From Klebsiella phage K64-1: 64,000 nucleotides of DNA. Shown piece by piece: positions 1 to 9,900 of the stretch. Under the pieces are notes generated by a model. The model was given only the letters and a program-made list of their open reading frames with translations, was not told the DNA's origin and did not search any database. Position 1 is the stretch's first letter; each line of letters starts with the position of its first letter. The DNA lies in the sequence record AB897757.1; one strand, written 5' to 3'. A program made the position numbers and the translations under genes.

Positions 1-391
1 TAATTCAGATCGTCATGAAACAGTACTTGCAGTACAGAAATATATTGAAAGCAATCTTCACAAACCGGTTTGGTGTATGGTAAGCACTGAAGAACAACTT
101 GGAATTACTTTTGGTAGTGAAGATGGTTATGTTGCACAATTGATTATGGATTTTAGTACTGAAGAAAAATTCATTTCTTATCGTGATAAAATTTATCAAG
201 CACTATTACGCAGTGGTATCAGTGAAGATCAAGTACCAGAAATTGCACCAATGAAAGATTTTTTCCTTATCCCAAGTGATGAAAAATATGATGCAATGTT
301 TTATAAAATGAATGTGCCAGGTGTTATTGTTGAACATTTTGATGATGATAATACTGAGTGGTTGGACTTGGGTGATGACGAAGACTATTGA
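1..391 (+). CDS. hypothetical protein, 5' partial (first in-window ATG at 77; frame open to window edge)
   Basis: ORF track 77..391; in-frame codons 2..76 have no stop; acidic C-terminus (DLGDDEDY). Confidence 0.4.
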   Translation, partial: NSDRHETVLAVQKYIESNLHKPVWCMVSTEEQLGITFGSEDGYVAQLIMDFSTEEKFISYRDKIYQALLRSGISEDQVPEIAPMKDFFLIPSDEKYDAMFYKMNVPGVIVEHFDDDNTEWLDLGDDEDY

Positions 392-477
392 TGATTTTTA
401 TTGCTTTATAGAAAATACAACTGCACTATTAGAGTATTTTGACAATACTCCTTATCATAAAATATTAGTGCAGGTTT

Positions 478-804
478 ATGATGATCTTTTTTATGAATAT
501 GGTAACTATTTTGATTGGTTCGCACATCTTAGTACATAACTTTTTATTACTTCTTAATAACAAAATACAAATTAACTATATTTTCAGAGATGATCCTTTA
601 TATAAAAATGAAATCTCTGATATATACAAGAATATGACAACTGAAATCTATCATTATTACATGAATAAAAAATTCAAGTGCTATTATATCAAAGGAATTG
701 TAAAACCAGCAAGGTTATATATATGCACTAAAAATGATATGGTGAGTAAAGTTATAGATATCAAAGATTTAAAAGATGAGGTTCTTAGGGATGAGTGGTG
801 TTGA
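478..804 (+). CDS. hypothetical protein (weak; low-complexity N-terminus, start uncertain)
   Basis: ORF track only; alternative ATG at 634. Confidence 0.2.
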   Translation: MMIFFMNMVTILIGSHILVHNFLLLLNNKIQINYIFRDDPLYKNEISDIYKNMTTEIYHYYMNKKFKCYYIKGIVKPARLYICTKNDMVSKVIDIKDLKDEVLRDEWC

Positions 805-1108
805 ATGTGTGAAAAAGAAAATCGAATTTATACAAATGACATGTAAGGTAATTTTCGATTTAGCACACAGTAACAACATGCCAACAGCATTTAAAGAAGT
901 ACTATTATTAAGTACTGAGATTATTTTTGAAGAATATTTCAGTACTAAATTGTATTTATATTATGGTAATTTTTGCAAAATTCACGGCTTTACTATAAGT
1001 AGTTCAAATGGAAGTGTTTATATTTTAACTTCATTTGGTCATTTCGAATTAACAGAAAGTGCTGTAAAAAATTTATATGAATATCCATCAAAAATGAGAG
1101 TAAATTAA
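776..1108 (+). CDS. hypothetical protein
   Basis: ORF track; stop overlaps next start (TAATG at 1106-1110). Confidence 0.3.
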   Translation: MRFLGMSGVECVKKKIEFIQMTCKVIFDLAHSNNMPTAFKEVLLLSTEIIFEEYFSTKLYLYYGNFCKIHGFTISSSNGSVYILTSFGHFELTESAVKNLYEYPSKMRVN

Positions 1109-1308
1109 TGAAAAAATGTTCGTGTTGTGGATCTACTCAAATTGCACGTTTTCGATTAGATTCTGATTGGGCCGTTGGTTGTGGTGATTTCTACCCAGTT
1201 AATGATGATTCAGAATATACTGAAGAACAACTGAAAGATTTTGATAATAGTTGGAGACCAGATTTTGAGTTTCTATATTGTTTGAATTGTAATTCGGTAC
1301 AGGAATGA
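1108..1308 (+). CDS. hypothetical Cys-rich protein (CSCCG ... CLNCNS, zinc-ribbon-like)
   Basis: ORF track; two CxxC-like pairs; ATGA overlap with next gene. Confidence 0.4.
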   Translation: MKKCSCCGSTQIARFRLDSDWAVGCGDFYPVNDDSEYTEEQLKDFDNSWRPDFEFLYCLNCNSVQE

Positions 1309-1574
1309 TTAAACCACATTATCATTGTATTCACTACTTAGGAACGACTATTTGTAATGAATTTACGAAAAATAAACATCATCAATTCAGTACTGTAATA
1401 CGTGATATATTGTTATACATTGAAAAAGAATTAACATTATTTTATAAAAATACCGTATATACTTATTGTAATAAAAAGTACAAAATACTCAATTTATCAT
1501 TTGATGATAGAGGATTTTTATATGTAATGAGTACTGAATATTATACTCATTTGGTTCTGCATACGGATTTATAA
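1305..1574 (+). CDS. hypothetical protein, tandem paralog A
   Basis: ORF track; shares IR.IL..IE.EL..Y core with 1574..1843. Confidence 0.4.
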   Translation: MIKPHYHCIHYLGTTICNEFTKNKHHQFSTVIRDILLYIEKELTLFYKNTVYTYCNKKYKILNLSFDDRGFLYVMSTEYYTHLVLHTDL

Positions 1575-1843
1575 TGAACAAACAATTATTATACTGTAAA
1601 GTGGTTTATTACTTGACTAATTCAGTACTGAATATGAATAACACACATTTTAACTATTCACTATGTATTAGAAGTATTTTAGATAACATAGAAGATGAAC
1701 TAAATGTGTTATATACTGGAAAAACATTCACAAAAAACAATATCCGACACAAATGTAATGGTATTGTTATAACATATGGGCGTATATTTGCTTTATACGG
1801 TATACGTTACACTTGCTATTTTCATAGGGCTAAATTTAAATGA
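1574..1843 (+). CDS. hypothetical protein, tandem paralog B
   Basis: ORF track; similar to 1305..1574; ATGA coupling on both sides. Confidence 0.4.
   Translation: MNKQLLYCKVVYYLTNSVLNMNNTHFNYSLCIRSILDNIEDELNVLYTGKTFTKNNIRHKCNGIVITYGRIFALYGIRYTCYFHRAKFK
1621..1632. repeat. perfect 12-bp palindrome TTCAGTACTGAA (example copy)
   Basis: exact match; other exact copies at 2296-2307, 17426-17437, 23703-23714, 26430-26441, 31466-31477, 33512-33523. Confidence 0.9.
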
Positions 1844-2457
1844 AAACAGATTATTCAAAACTAAGAACAAAACTTTATGGAATTATAGAGGGGCTATCTC
1901 TAATCGATCCAAAGTACTATGAATTGCGTCGTTTACTTGCATTCGCCGAACAATATCATTGTAATACACGAAAAGATGGTTCTGAAGAATTCTCTCATCA
2001 ATTACAAATGCTTGGATTGGCTCTTACGCTTCATGAATCGATGTGTAAGCCGTTTGAAGTATACATGGCAATTGTATCTCATGATTTAATCGAAGACTAT
2101 CCAGAAGCTTCTGAAACGCTTGAGATGTTATTCCCTGATGTAATCCAATATAGTCGCAAACTGGCTAAATTTAAAGATTCAAATACTGATGAAGATTCGT
2201 ACTATGGATACTTTAATCAGCTTTCTAATTGTCAAGTATGTTCAATTGTAAAACTCGTAGATAGAGTGCACAATTTGAGTACCGCACCTGGTGTATTCAG
2301 TACTGAAAAAATTATAAGTTATTGTGATGAAACTGATAAGTATTTCTTTGATATGATAAAAAAATCCAAAGTTATGTTCAATCAACGTTCAGCATATGAA
2401 GTTCTAAAATTCATGTTGAATACCGAAGTCAGTACTATCAGGAATTTATTAAAATGA
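1840..2457 (+). CDS. putative HD-domain phosphohydrolase
   Basis: H...HD...D-like arrangement (FSHQLQM, VSHDLIEDYP, LVDRVHN); 205 aa. Confidence 0.4.
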   Translation: MKTDYSKLRTKLYGIIEGLSLIDPKYYELRRLLAFAEQYHCNTRKDGSEEFSHQLQMLGLALTLHESMCKPFEVYMAIVSHDLIEDYPEASETLEMLFPDVIQYSRKLAKFKDSNTDEDSYYGYFNQLSNCQVCSIVKLVDRVHNLSTAPGVFSTEKIISYCDETDKYFFDMIKKSKVMFNQRSAYEVLKFMLNTEVSTIRNLLK

Positions 2458-2660
2458 AAATAGTTTTAGAATTTGCATTTATTATTTTTGGTTTCATTTG
2501 GTTCACTGCTATTTCAATTTTTGCTGGATATCTCATTATTAAACCGGATATGTTGATTTTCTACTGGATTTTGACTTTAATTGCATTCATCAGTGTTGTC
2601 TATTTGTCTTATAAACTGGTATATCTATATGCAGATGAAATCAAAAAATATAACACTTAG
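2454..2660 (+). CDS. small membrane protein (two predicted TM helices)
   Basis: hydrophobic 68-aa ORF, ATGA overlap with upstream gene. Confidence 0.4.
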   Translation: MKIVLEFAFIIFGFIWFTAISIFAGYLIIKPDMLIFYWILTLIAFISVVYLSYKLVYLYADEIKKYNT

Positions 2661-2693
2661 TTGGTTTTATGTTGAAAAGATTTAAAATCGATA

Positions 2694-2723
2694 TTGAATA
2701 AACATTTCTCCTTGTGATATAAT
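2694..2723 (+). promoter_or_regulatory. sigma70-like early promoter, TTGAAT-18-TGtgaTATAAT
   Basis: -35 ttgaat 2694-2699, extended -10 tgtgatataat 2713-2723, RBS aaggaga 2754-2760 before ATG 2768. Confidence 0.5.
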
Positions 2724-2767
2724 ACTATATGTAAAAGGATTTTACATAAGCACAAGGAGAGTCAAAG

Positions 2768-3496
2768 ATGATAGATAATTTAGCATTTGCATCCGAAATG
2801 GCTAATCAGTTGAACATGAGTAATTTTCAGAGTCTTACACCAGTGATGGCGGAATATGCTGTTGCTCATGCCACCTGTGGTGAACAAGTTGGATCAGCAA
2901 ATTTATTAGCTGATGTATTCAGTACTGTACAAAGTACCCAATACAGTGTTAAAATGTATAGGGATAAGTTTGTACAGTTGTATATGCTTGATGTAATAAA
3001 AGAAGAACCAGAATGGACTGATTTTATTATTGAACGTAGGATTAGTGGTGTTTCTAATCCAGATAAAGATGCAGTACAAGTATTTGATGAAATACTTCAA
3101 GATGTATATAGTAATGAACAAAAAAGTCTAAATCAATACAATGTACGTTCTACCAAGACAGTGCTCGTGGGATTTGATGAAGATGAAGAATATTACTATT
3201 TTCGTTGTACTGAAGTAGATTTTAAATACGAAACTCCCAGTACAGTTAAAGTTAAAGAATTTACTGAAAAGAGTAAAAACTTCAAAAAACATTCTTCTAA
3301 TATTAGTAATATAGTTGGTTATAATAAAGATGGTATTGACATATATCAATGGGTACACCCAAATAACTCAACTTATACCAGATGTTTAAAGAAACGTTAT
3401 AATTTAAAACAAGAAGAATCATTTTATTTTAAGATAAAGAAGCATTCCTATCAACGACCTGATGAATCAGTGTTACTTGGTATGATTTACTTCTGA
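2768..3496 (+). CDS. hypothetical protein
   Basis: 242-aa ORF with its own promoter, strong RBS and terminator. Confidence 0.5.
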   Translation: MIDNLAFASEMANQLNMSNFQSLTPVMAEYAVAHATCGEQVGSANLLADVFSTVQSTQYSVKMYRDKFVQLYMLDVIKEEPEWTDFIIERRISGVSNPDKDAVQVFDEILQDVYSNEQKSLNQYNVRSTKTVLVGFDEDEEYYYFRCTEVDFKYETPSTVKVKEFTEKSKNFKKHSSNISNIVGYNKDGIDIYQWVHPNNSTYTRCLKKRYNLKQEESFYFKIKKHSYQRPDESVLLGMIYF

Positions 3497-3497
3497 T

Positions 3498-3530
3498 TTT
3501 AGTCGTCCAGTACAATATAAGTACTGGACA
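3498..3530 (+). terminator. intrinsic terminator, stem gtccagtac/gtactggac plus T7
   Basis: perfect 9-bp stem, 7-nt loop, T-run 3524-3530; stem arms carry CAGTAC/GTACTG halves of the genome-wide motif. Confidence 0.6.
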
Positions 3531-3547
3531 TTTTTTTAAGGTAAAAA

Positions 3548-3826
3548 ATGAATATATTACAAAAAGTTAATCTATTTGGAAAAGCGTATACAAATGCTTT
3601 TTATGGTATTGATAAACGTTATGAATATGCTAATTTTTTAAATAGAGAAATTGAATTTAGTGGAATGAATAGGTTATTGTCTGGTAAACGTGTAACTATT
3701 GTTTTTAATGGTTATCAGGGATATATTAATCAAATTCGTCATCTAGATGAGAAAATTTTTGCATACGTTTATACTAATAATGGAAATTTATTGATTAATT
3801 TATCTTTTTTGGAATTGATTGAATGA
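3548..3826 (+). CDS. hypothetical protein
   Basis: ORF track; RBS aaggtaaaaaATG. Confidence 0.4.
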   Translation: MNILQKVNLFGKAYTNAFYGIDKRYEYANFLNREIEFSGMNRLLSGKRVTIVFNGYQGYINQIRHLDEKIFAYVYTNNGNLLINLSFLELIE

Positions 3827-4107
3827 AATTAATAGACCAAGTTATTCTTTATAAGAAAGTATTTGATTATATGGAAGATTTTCTTGATGGTACACATTAT
3901 GAATGTTGCATTTATGTTACATGGAAAAAGAATGTAATGGAAATAGAAAAAGCTACCATTTCTAAAATAGTGCGTATAAAAAGCCTTGATACTATTGGTA
4001 CTATTATTGAACTTAATATAGGAAGATATTTTGCATTTTTTGGTGTAAAAGTACCTGAAAACGATTTTGCTCTTATAATTTCATTAGATGATATTGAGTT
4101 TCTTTGA
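3823..4107 (+). CDS. hypothetical protein
   Basis: ORF track; ATGA coupling. Confidence 0.4.
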   Translation: MKLIDQVILYKKVFDYMEDFLDGTHYECCIYVTWKKNVMEIEKATISKIVRIKSLDTIGTIIELNIGRYFAFFGVKVPENDFALIISLDDIEFL

Positions 4108-4136
4108 GTTTTATCTATTTGGTAATATAAAATATT

Positions 4137-4448
4137 ATGGATAAATTACACAAAGCAGTATTATTTTTAAAAGCATATAGCTATGAGTACTTACAAAGTC
4201 ATGGAAAATGGAATGGTAGTTATAAGGATTTATATTCATCTGTTTTTCTTAATGAAGTAAATCTTGTGATATCAGAAGTACAAAAATTATATGAAAGAAA
4301 ACTTGTGCATACGAGATTTGGTATTGGAATTATTATTAGTATATTTTGCTTCACATACGGTTCCTTTTTAGTCGCAATAGAAACAATAGTAGAAGGCAAA
4401 CCACAAACAATAGTATTAGAATTAAGTGAGATATATCTGGATGAATGA
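4137..4448 (+). CDS. hypothetical protein
   Basis: ORF track. Confidence 0.4.
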   Translation: MDKLHKAVLFLKAYSYEYLQSHGKWNGSYKDLYSSVFLNEVNLVISEVQKLYERKLVHTRFGIGIIISIFCFTYGSFLVAIETIVEGKPQTIVLELSEIYLDE

Positions 4449-4713
4449 ACATTTTAATAGAATACAATTAATCACCCAACTTCTACAAATGGTTGATGAC
4501 ACATTTGATGAATTAAAAAATAATCTTATGAATAAGAAAATCAAATGTAAGGTATATATGAATGATGGTGATTATTTCGATATGCGAGAAGTTGAAGTAA
4601 CTGGAATTGTTACTAATATTACTTTATATGAATATGATCTAACTATTACAGTGAAAATCGACGAAGGTCGTGAATATTACGTTTGTAATCAACATATTGA
4701 GGTGGTTGAATGA
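4441..4713 (+). CDS. hypothetical protein (start moved to ATG 4441, 8-nt overlap with upstream gene)
   Basis: ORF 4426..4713; internal Met MNEHF gives a typical coupled start. Confidence 0.35.
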   Translation: MNEHFNRIQLITQLLQMVDDTFDELKNNLMNKKIKCKVYMNDGDYFDMREVEVTGIVTNITLYEYDLTITVKIDEGREYYVCNQHIEVVE

Positions 4714-5855
4714 GTTTAGTAGAAATCTATAATGATTTAATGAATTTAGTACAAAATAATGAAGCATTTGAATATAAAGATCAGCGTTCAATTGGTGGTG
4801 GTTTGTATAGAATCTTTTCTTATCGAATGGCCTCATATACTGATTTCTGTGAACCTAATGCCAAAGAAACACGAGGTTCAATGTGGGAAATCAATGAAGA
4901 TGGTACTATGATTCGTTGTGCAGCCCGTACTATGAATAAATTTTTTAACGCATATGAAAACCCATTCACAATGTTTGATAAAAATATGCTTAGTACTGAA
5001 ATTGAAGTGGCGATGGATAAACGAGACGGTTCTATTATCAGTACTTTCAAGGATAATGACGGAATTATTCGTTGTAAATCTCACACTTCTCTATCTTCAG
5101 AACACGCAATTAATAGTAATGCTATCATGCGTCCTGGTTCTAGTTTATATCAATACGTAGAAGAAGCTGAACTTCAACAATATACCGTGAACCTCGAATA
5201 TACTTCACCTGAATATCGTATTGTATTGCCATATCAGAGCGAGAAACTGACTGTATTGAACGTTCGTCATCGAATCACTGGTGAACTACTGTGTGGTGAA
5301 AAACTGCGTCAGAAGTTTCCTATGCTCGCTATGCGTAGCACTAATATGATAAATGGTCAGAACATTGCAAGTAATTTTCCAATGCGTACTACAGTACTTG
5401 AAACGGTGGAAGCAGTAAAAGGAATGCGAGACATTGAAGGATTTGTGGCAGTACTGAAAGATGGCACAATGTTTAAAATTAAAACAGATTGGTACTGTGC
5501 TTTGCATTTCAATAAGGATAGTATTAATGTTGATTCTAGACTTTACGAATCAGTGCTACAAGGTGCAAGTGATGATTTAAGGCAAATGTTCTCTAATGAT
5601 CAGTATTGTCTTGATAAGATTAAAAGGATGGAAGATTTAGTATTCAGTACTTATAATTCTTTTGAAAAATTTGTTAATGATTTTTACAATGAATTTAAAC
5701 ATTTAGAACGCAAAGAATATGCACTAAAAGTACAGAAACTTCTACCAAAAGAATTAAATCATCAGGGTTATGCTTTCTCTTTGTATAACAATAAACCGTT
5801 TGATTTAAAGGAAAACATGATCAAATACAGCAAAGAAGTATTAAAAGATTTCTAA
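4710..5855 (+). CDS. rnlA: RNA ligase 1 (T4 RnlA family)
   Basis: Blocks recalled from T4 Rnl1: YRIFSY, KFFN.YENPFTM, EGFVAVLKDGTMFKIKTDWY, GASDDLRQMF; 381 aa. Confidence 0.85.
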   Translation: MSLVEIYNDLMNLVQNNEAFEYKDQRSIGGGLYRIFSYRMASYTDFCEPNAKETRGSMWEINEDGTMIRCAARTMNKFFNAYENPFTMFDKNMLSTEIEVAMDKRDGSIISTFKDNDGIIRCKSHTSLSSEHAINSNAIMRPGSSLYQYVEEAELQQYTVNLEYTSPEYRIVLPYQSEKLTVLNVRHRITGELLCGEKLRQKFPMLAMRSTNMINGQNIASNFPMRTTVLETVEAVKGMRDIEGFVAVLKDGTMFKIKTDWYCALHFNKDSINVDSRLYESVLQGASDDLRQMFSNDQYCLDKIKRMEDLVFSTYNSFEKFVNDFYNEFKHLERKEYALKVQKLLPKELNHQGYAFSLYNNKPFDLKENMIKYSKEVLKDF

Positions 5856-5867
5856 TAAGGACACCAA

Positions 5868-6041
5868 ATGAAGAAAAGGAATTCGTGGAGTACTCCTGAA
5901 GAATATAGGAAGATTCAGTGTTATTTTGATACAATACACAAAGAAAAATCCAGTTCAGGAGTACGAAAAAACAGAAATAAAATTAATACTAAAAAGAAAG
6001 AACGTATATATTCTTTAGAACGTCATACAAGAGAAGCTTAA
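5868..6041 (+). CDS. small basic protein (57 aa), sub-threshold ORF
   Basis: ATG 5868 after RBS aagga; K/R-rich; fills the 200-bp gap after rnlA. Confidence 0.3.
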   Translation: MKKRNSWSTPEEYRKIQCYFDTIHKEKSSSGVRKNRNKINTKKKERIYSLERHTREA

Positions 6042-6054
6042 ACGGGAGATTATT

Positions 6055-6267
6055 ATGAAAGTACAAATTCAGCACAGTATTGTTCAAGACATGTCAGTGA
6101 TTAAATTTAACAATCTTCATGATTTTTTTAGATGCATTGACTTTCTCGATAATTCATGTTTAGAATATGATATGATAAAATACAGTTCAGTTCTTGATAC
6201 TGCCAGTATCAGAGTGAATGAATTGGTACTACATAAATTTAGCAAACGTTTCGGGATTGGGAAATGA
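6055..6267 (+). CDS. hypothetical protein
   Basis: ORF track; RBS gggagattattATG. Confidence 0.4.
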   Translation: MKVQIQHSIVQDMSVIKFNNLHDFFRCIDFLDNSCLEYDMIKYSSVLDTASIRVNELVLHKFSKRFGIGK

Positions 6268-6530
6268 TTATGTATGAAAAATTTATATCAACTAAAGAAA
6301 TGCTTCATAGGTTGATTGACGACACTGACAAAGAAATTATAAGGTATTACACTGGAAAAAAAGTACAAATTTCTGCTGAACTCCTTGAGGAACTCGAATT
6401 GGAATCAGAGGATGATATTGTATGGACTATATATGCAGTCACTGTATTCGATGATTGCCTATTTTTTGATGTAGAGCACGGTGATGATGACTTACAAGAT
6501 TTAGAAATAGATGATCTTATATTTCTTTGA
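6264..6530 (+). CDS. hypothetical acidic protein
   Basis: ORF track; ATGA coupling. Confidence 0.4.
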   Translation: MIMYEKFISTKEMLHRLIDDTDKEIIRYYTGKKVQISAELLEELELESEDDIVWTIYAVTVFDDCLFFDVEHGDDDLQDLEIDDLIFL

Positions 6531-6805
6531 GAATAAAAATGAATACAGAACAAGCTATTAGTACTATTGAAAATTTAAATAACACTTTAGTAATTCTTGA
6601 AAAAATTAAGTTAGATGTTGAATATCAAGTACAAAGTTTATTTTTGAATAAGAAAGCATTATTTAAGGATGGCACAGAAGGATATATTGTCGAGTTGTTT
6701 TCTGAAAATGTAAATCTACCTTATGATTTTCAATTTCTTGTTCGTTCAGAAGGTGGATACCTAGATTATATATATGAGGTAAAAGATTTTGTGCAATTCA
6801 TCTAA
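6527..6805 (+). CDS. hypothetical protein
   Basis: ORF track. Confidence 0.4.
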   Translation: MRIKMNTEQAISTIENLNNTLVILEKIKLDVEYQVQSLFLNKKALFKDGTEGYIVELFSENVNLPYDFQFLVRSEGGYLDYIYEVKDFVQFI

Positions 6806-7031
6806 AATAATTAAGCAGTACGAACAATACGTAACTATGCTTGAAACCATGAATGCGGAATTAGAAGTTTCTGCATTTAATTCTGTACATAGATACTTTA
6901 TAAATCGTCCAGTGTTATATAAAAACAATGAATATAAAATTCAAAATGTATTCAGAGATGAAGAAAGTACCATAATTTTCCTACTGTATAATAATATATA
7001 TGTGGATTATACTGAAGTAACGTTTATTTAA
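6789..7031 (+). CDS. hypothetical protein (apparent TTG start after RBS gaggt; alternative ATG 6837)
   Basis: ORF track start 6789 is TTG; gaggt 6776-6780 sits 8 nt upstream. Confidence 0.3.
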   Translation: MCNSSKIIKQYEQYVTMLETMNAELEVSAFNSVHRYFINRPVLYKNNEYKIQNVFRDEESTIIFLLYNNIYVDYTEVTFI

Positions 7032-7042
7032 AGGACATAATA

Positions 7043-7987
7043 ATGCCAACAATCACATTAACAGTTGGACTTCCCGGATGTGGCAAGACTACATGGGCTG
7101 TTGAAGAAGTTCGAAGATCTAAAAGTAAAACAGTAAACATCAACCGTGATGATATGCGAGAAAGCATGGCTGGTTCTCATGAGAATTATAAGTTCAAAGA
7201 TGATAATGAGAAGTACATAGACGCTATGCAAATTGCAGCAGCAGATACAGCAGCAAAGAATAAGTGGAATATTATTATTTCAGATACCAACCTAAAGTTA
7301 TCTATCCGAAAGAAATGGAAAGATTGGGCTAAAGCCAATGGCTATGATTACAAAGAAAAGAATTTCTTTGATGACTTTGTAGCAAAAAGTACTTCAGGTG
7401 CAGATGTTCATCAGTACTTTAAAATTAAAGAATTTGTTAAACAATGCAAATACTATAATTTACTTCGATATAAATCAGTACCGGAATCGGTAATTGATAC
7501 AATGGCAGATTCTTATTTGTATAGTACTATGCCAGTTCCTTCTATTCAGAAAGATTCGATGTACGATTTTAGTACTGAATATATCATTGTTGATATTGAT
7601 GGTACTTTAGCACATAGGGGAAATCGCAACCCATATGATGAAAGTACTGTACTGGAAGATACACCAGATCTTGAAGTTATTCGTTCAGTACTTGCTGAAG
7701 TGAACCATCATAAACGAAAGGTTATTATCATGAGTGGTCGTCATGAAACTTGTGCAAAAGACACTCGTTTGTGGCTTCATGAAAATGGAGTTCCATTTGA
7801 ATATCTTTTTATGCGTTCAGAAAATGATAATCGCCCTGATGATGTGGTAAAATATGAATTGTACATGAAACATGTTGCACCATATTATAATGTTGTTAAA
7901 GTTTATGATGACCGACAACAAGTGTGTACGATGTGGCGTAAATTACTGAAATTGAAAGTTTTTCAAGTTGATTTTGGTAATTTTTGA
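7043..7987 (+). CDS. pseT: polynucleotide 5'-kinase/3'-phosphatase (T4 PseT family)
   Basis: Walker A GLPGCGKTT, NINRDD, ISDTNL, HAD motif DIDGTLA, C-terminal DDVVK..DDR; collinear with T4 Pnk. Confidence 0.85.
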   Translation: MPTITLTVGLPGCGKTTWAVEEVRRSKSKTVNINRDDMRESMAGSHENYKFKDDNEKYIDAMQIAAADTAAKNKWNIIISDTNLKLSIRKKWKDWAKANGYDYKEKNFFDDFVAKSTSGADVHQYFKIKEFVKQCKYYNLLRYKSVPESVIDTMADSYLYSTMPVPSIQKDSMYDFSTEYIIVDIDGTLAHRGNRNPYDESTVLEDTPDLEVIRSVLAEVNHHKRKVIIMSGRHETCAKDTRLWLHENGVPFEYLFMRSENDNRPDDVVKYELYMKHVAPYYNVVKVYDDRQQVCTMWRKLLKLKVFQVDFGNF

Positions 7988-7995
7988 TAATTATT

Positions 7996-8029
7996 GAAGG
8001 GGAACACTTGATCCCCTTCTTTTCTTTTG
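7996..8029 (+). terminator. intrinsic terminator (gaagggga/tccccttc plus T-run)
   Basis: 8-bp stem, 8-nt loop, tttcttttt. Confidence 0.6.
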
Positions 8030-8098
8030 TTAAAATAGAAATACAAATAGAAAAATAACATTCATCTAGATTCAGTAGTTGGGCTTGGGGATAAGAAA

Positions 8099-8365
8099 AT
8101 GAGACAATTTTATGAACACTGGAAAATGTTGTTTAATAGTACAGAGTCGTTGTACTGGAATAGATATTATTCCGTTTGTATCAATGAATTGTATAATCAT
8201 TTTTTATATGAAGCTACTTCATCATTAAAAGGACAAACAGTTCAACACAACGTACTCGGCGAATGTAGAATTACAAGAGTTTATTCTTTTTATGATGATG
8301 AATTATTTTGTACAATATATTCGAATTTATACAGAATGGATGTAAAATTGCGAGATTTAATTTAA
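8099..8365 (+). CDS. hypothetical protein
   Basis: ORF track. Confidence 0.35.
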   Translation: MRQFYEHWKMLFNSTESLYWNRYYSVCINELYNHFLYEATSSLKGQTVQHNVLGECRITRVYSFYDDELFCTIYSNLYRMDVKLRDLI

Positions 8366-8667
8366 TGAATTTATCAGAATGTGTAAAATTGACTAAATTT
8401 TTAGATTCAGTGAATGATCGTATGTTTGAGGAATTTTGTGATAATTCTGAATATTTAAATATAGTAATGGGTATTTTTCATAAACATCTAAATTTGTATA
8501 TTGATGAACTGAATAAAAAACTAAAAAACAGAGAACTTTTCGTGTATGGTTTAGGTTACTGTGTAATTTATGATGTTTATCGTTCGATACGCGGTGAATT
8601 AAAATGTACAGTAACATTTGAAAATGATTATCATAATGTCTATATGAAATACTCAAAACTCGTATGA
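8365..8667 (+). CDS. hypothetical protein (start moved to TAATG-coupled ATG 8365)
   Basis: ORF 8308..8667 has in-frame Met at 8365 overlapping the upstream stop. Confidence 0.35.
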   Translation: MNLSECVKLTKFLDSVNDRMFEEFCDNSEYLNIVMGIFHKHLNLYIDELNKKLKNRELFVYGLGYCVIYDVYRSIRGELKCTVTFENDYHNVYMKYSKLV

Positions 8668-8957
8668 ATAAAATAAAGTCACTTGATATTGTTTATACCC
8701 TATTTTATATCAAAGATCATACAGATGACTCTTTTTATAAAGTTATAGTCGATTATACAGAGAATTTAATACAAGAACTTAATACAATACTTATTGGTAG
8801 TGACTGTATTGTTAAACCATCTGGTGTTGAATTCAAAGCTACAATTGATTCAATATTGTTTAGTTCTATTTCTGGTTTAGTATATAAAGTGACTGAAAAT
8901 ACTAAATCATTTTATAGTTATCGTTATGTTAATCCATTAAAAATTGAGTTCTTATGA
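8664..8957 (+). CDS. hypothetical protein
   Basis: ORF track; ATGA coupling. Confidence 0.35.
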   Translation: MNKIKSLDIVYTLFYIKDHTDDSFYKVIVDYTENLIQELNTILIGSDCIVKPSGVEFKATIDSILFSSISGLVYKVTENTKSFYSYRYVNPLKIEFL

Positions 8958-9229
8958 AATCACTCAAAGAAGATATTAATTTCAAATTATTATCAGTACT
9001 GAAAGAACATACTATTTATAACCAAATATGTCAAGATTTACTTAATTCAATATATTATAATAAAATTACCAAATATGTTGATAGTAAATGTTATTTTATC
9101 CATGACAAAGAAAAAGTATGCTCAACCATAAATGGGTTTTATGTATCAAAAAACGGTGATGTTTTATGTTATTTGTATCATAATAAAACATACAATTTTA
9201 TAGAATTAAAGGATGTATATATTGAATAG
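8954..9229 (+). CDS. hypothetical protein
   Basis: ORF track; ATGA coupling. Confidence 0.35.
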   Translation: MKSLKEDINFKLLSVLKEHTIYNQICQDLLNSIYYNKITKYVDSKCYFIHDKEKVCSTINGFYVSKNGDVLCYLYHNKTYNFIELKDVYIE

Positions 9230-9507
9230 TATTCAGGATGATATAGAAAGGAGAATATACTTCATTGTAGTGTGTTATAAAAGAAAATACACTACGCAGT
9301 ACTATAATTTCTGGAATGCAAGATTAAATTTAGAAATTAAAAACATATTATACTATCAGAGGATATTGTGATGGATTCTTATTTAGATGAATTGATTGCT
9401 GATTTACTAGTTTCTTCAGTACTATCACGTCGCGGCGAACAAAAAGAACGCAAATATAATAAAGAAAAATTTGATGATTATTTGCGTGGTTTTCTGGGAA
9501 GATTCAG

Positions 9508-9693
9508 ATGAATCAACATCAAGATTACAAATATCATAAGCTGCTTGATGAATTCACAGAAAACACAAAAATGTATGGGGTGCTAAAACAGATAGCAACA
9601 AAACATAAAAAAGGAGACTATTTCAATAAAAGATATAATTCAATTATAAATCGATTTGTTACAGAAAGTAATTTTATTATTAAAGGAAAATAA
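9508..9693 (+). CDS. hypothetical protein
   Basis: ORF track. Confidence 0.3.
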   Translation: MNQHQDYKYHKLLDEFTENTKMYGVLKQIATKHKKGDYFNKRYNSIINRFVTESNFIIKGK

Positions 9694-9900
9694 TTTATGG
9701 ATATTGATGATACGTATTTATATAATCTTGAATTAGTGAGAGTTGGTGTATTATTAGTAACTTATTATACTAACTACAAATGTATTAATTCTGTTATAAA
9801 TTCTATACTTGATTCATGGGTACATTATAGTTCCAGATTACTATAATGATTAATTTAAATTTAAGTTACAAAACACATAACTTCGAAAGTATAAAATTTG

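Noticed and set aside
312-539. ORF 312..539 overlapping the first gene by 80 nt
   Set aside because: The N-terminal half is hydrophobic low-complexity sequence inside another frame. The non-overlapping part (392-539) has no ATG start and no RBS. It could be a real small gene with an unusual start, but the support is insufficient.
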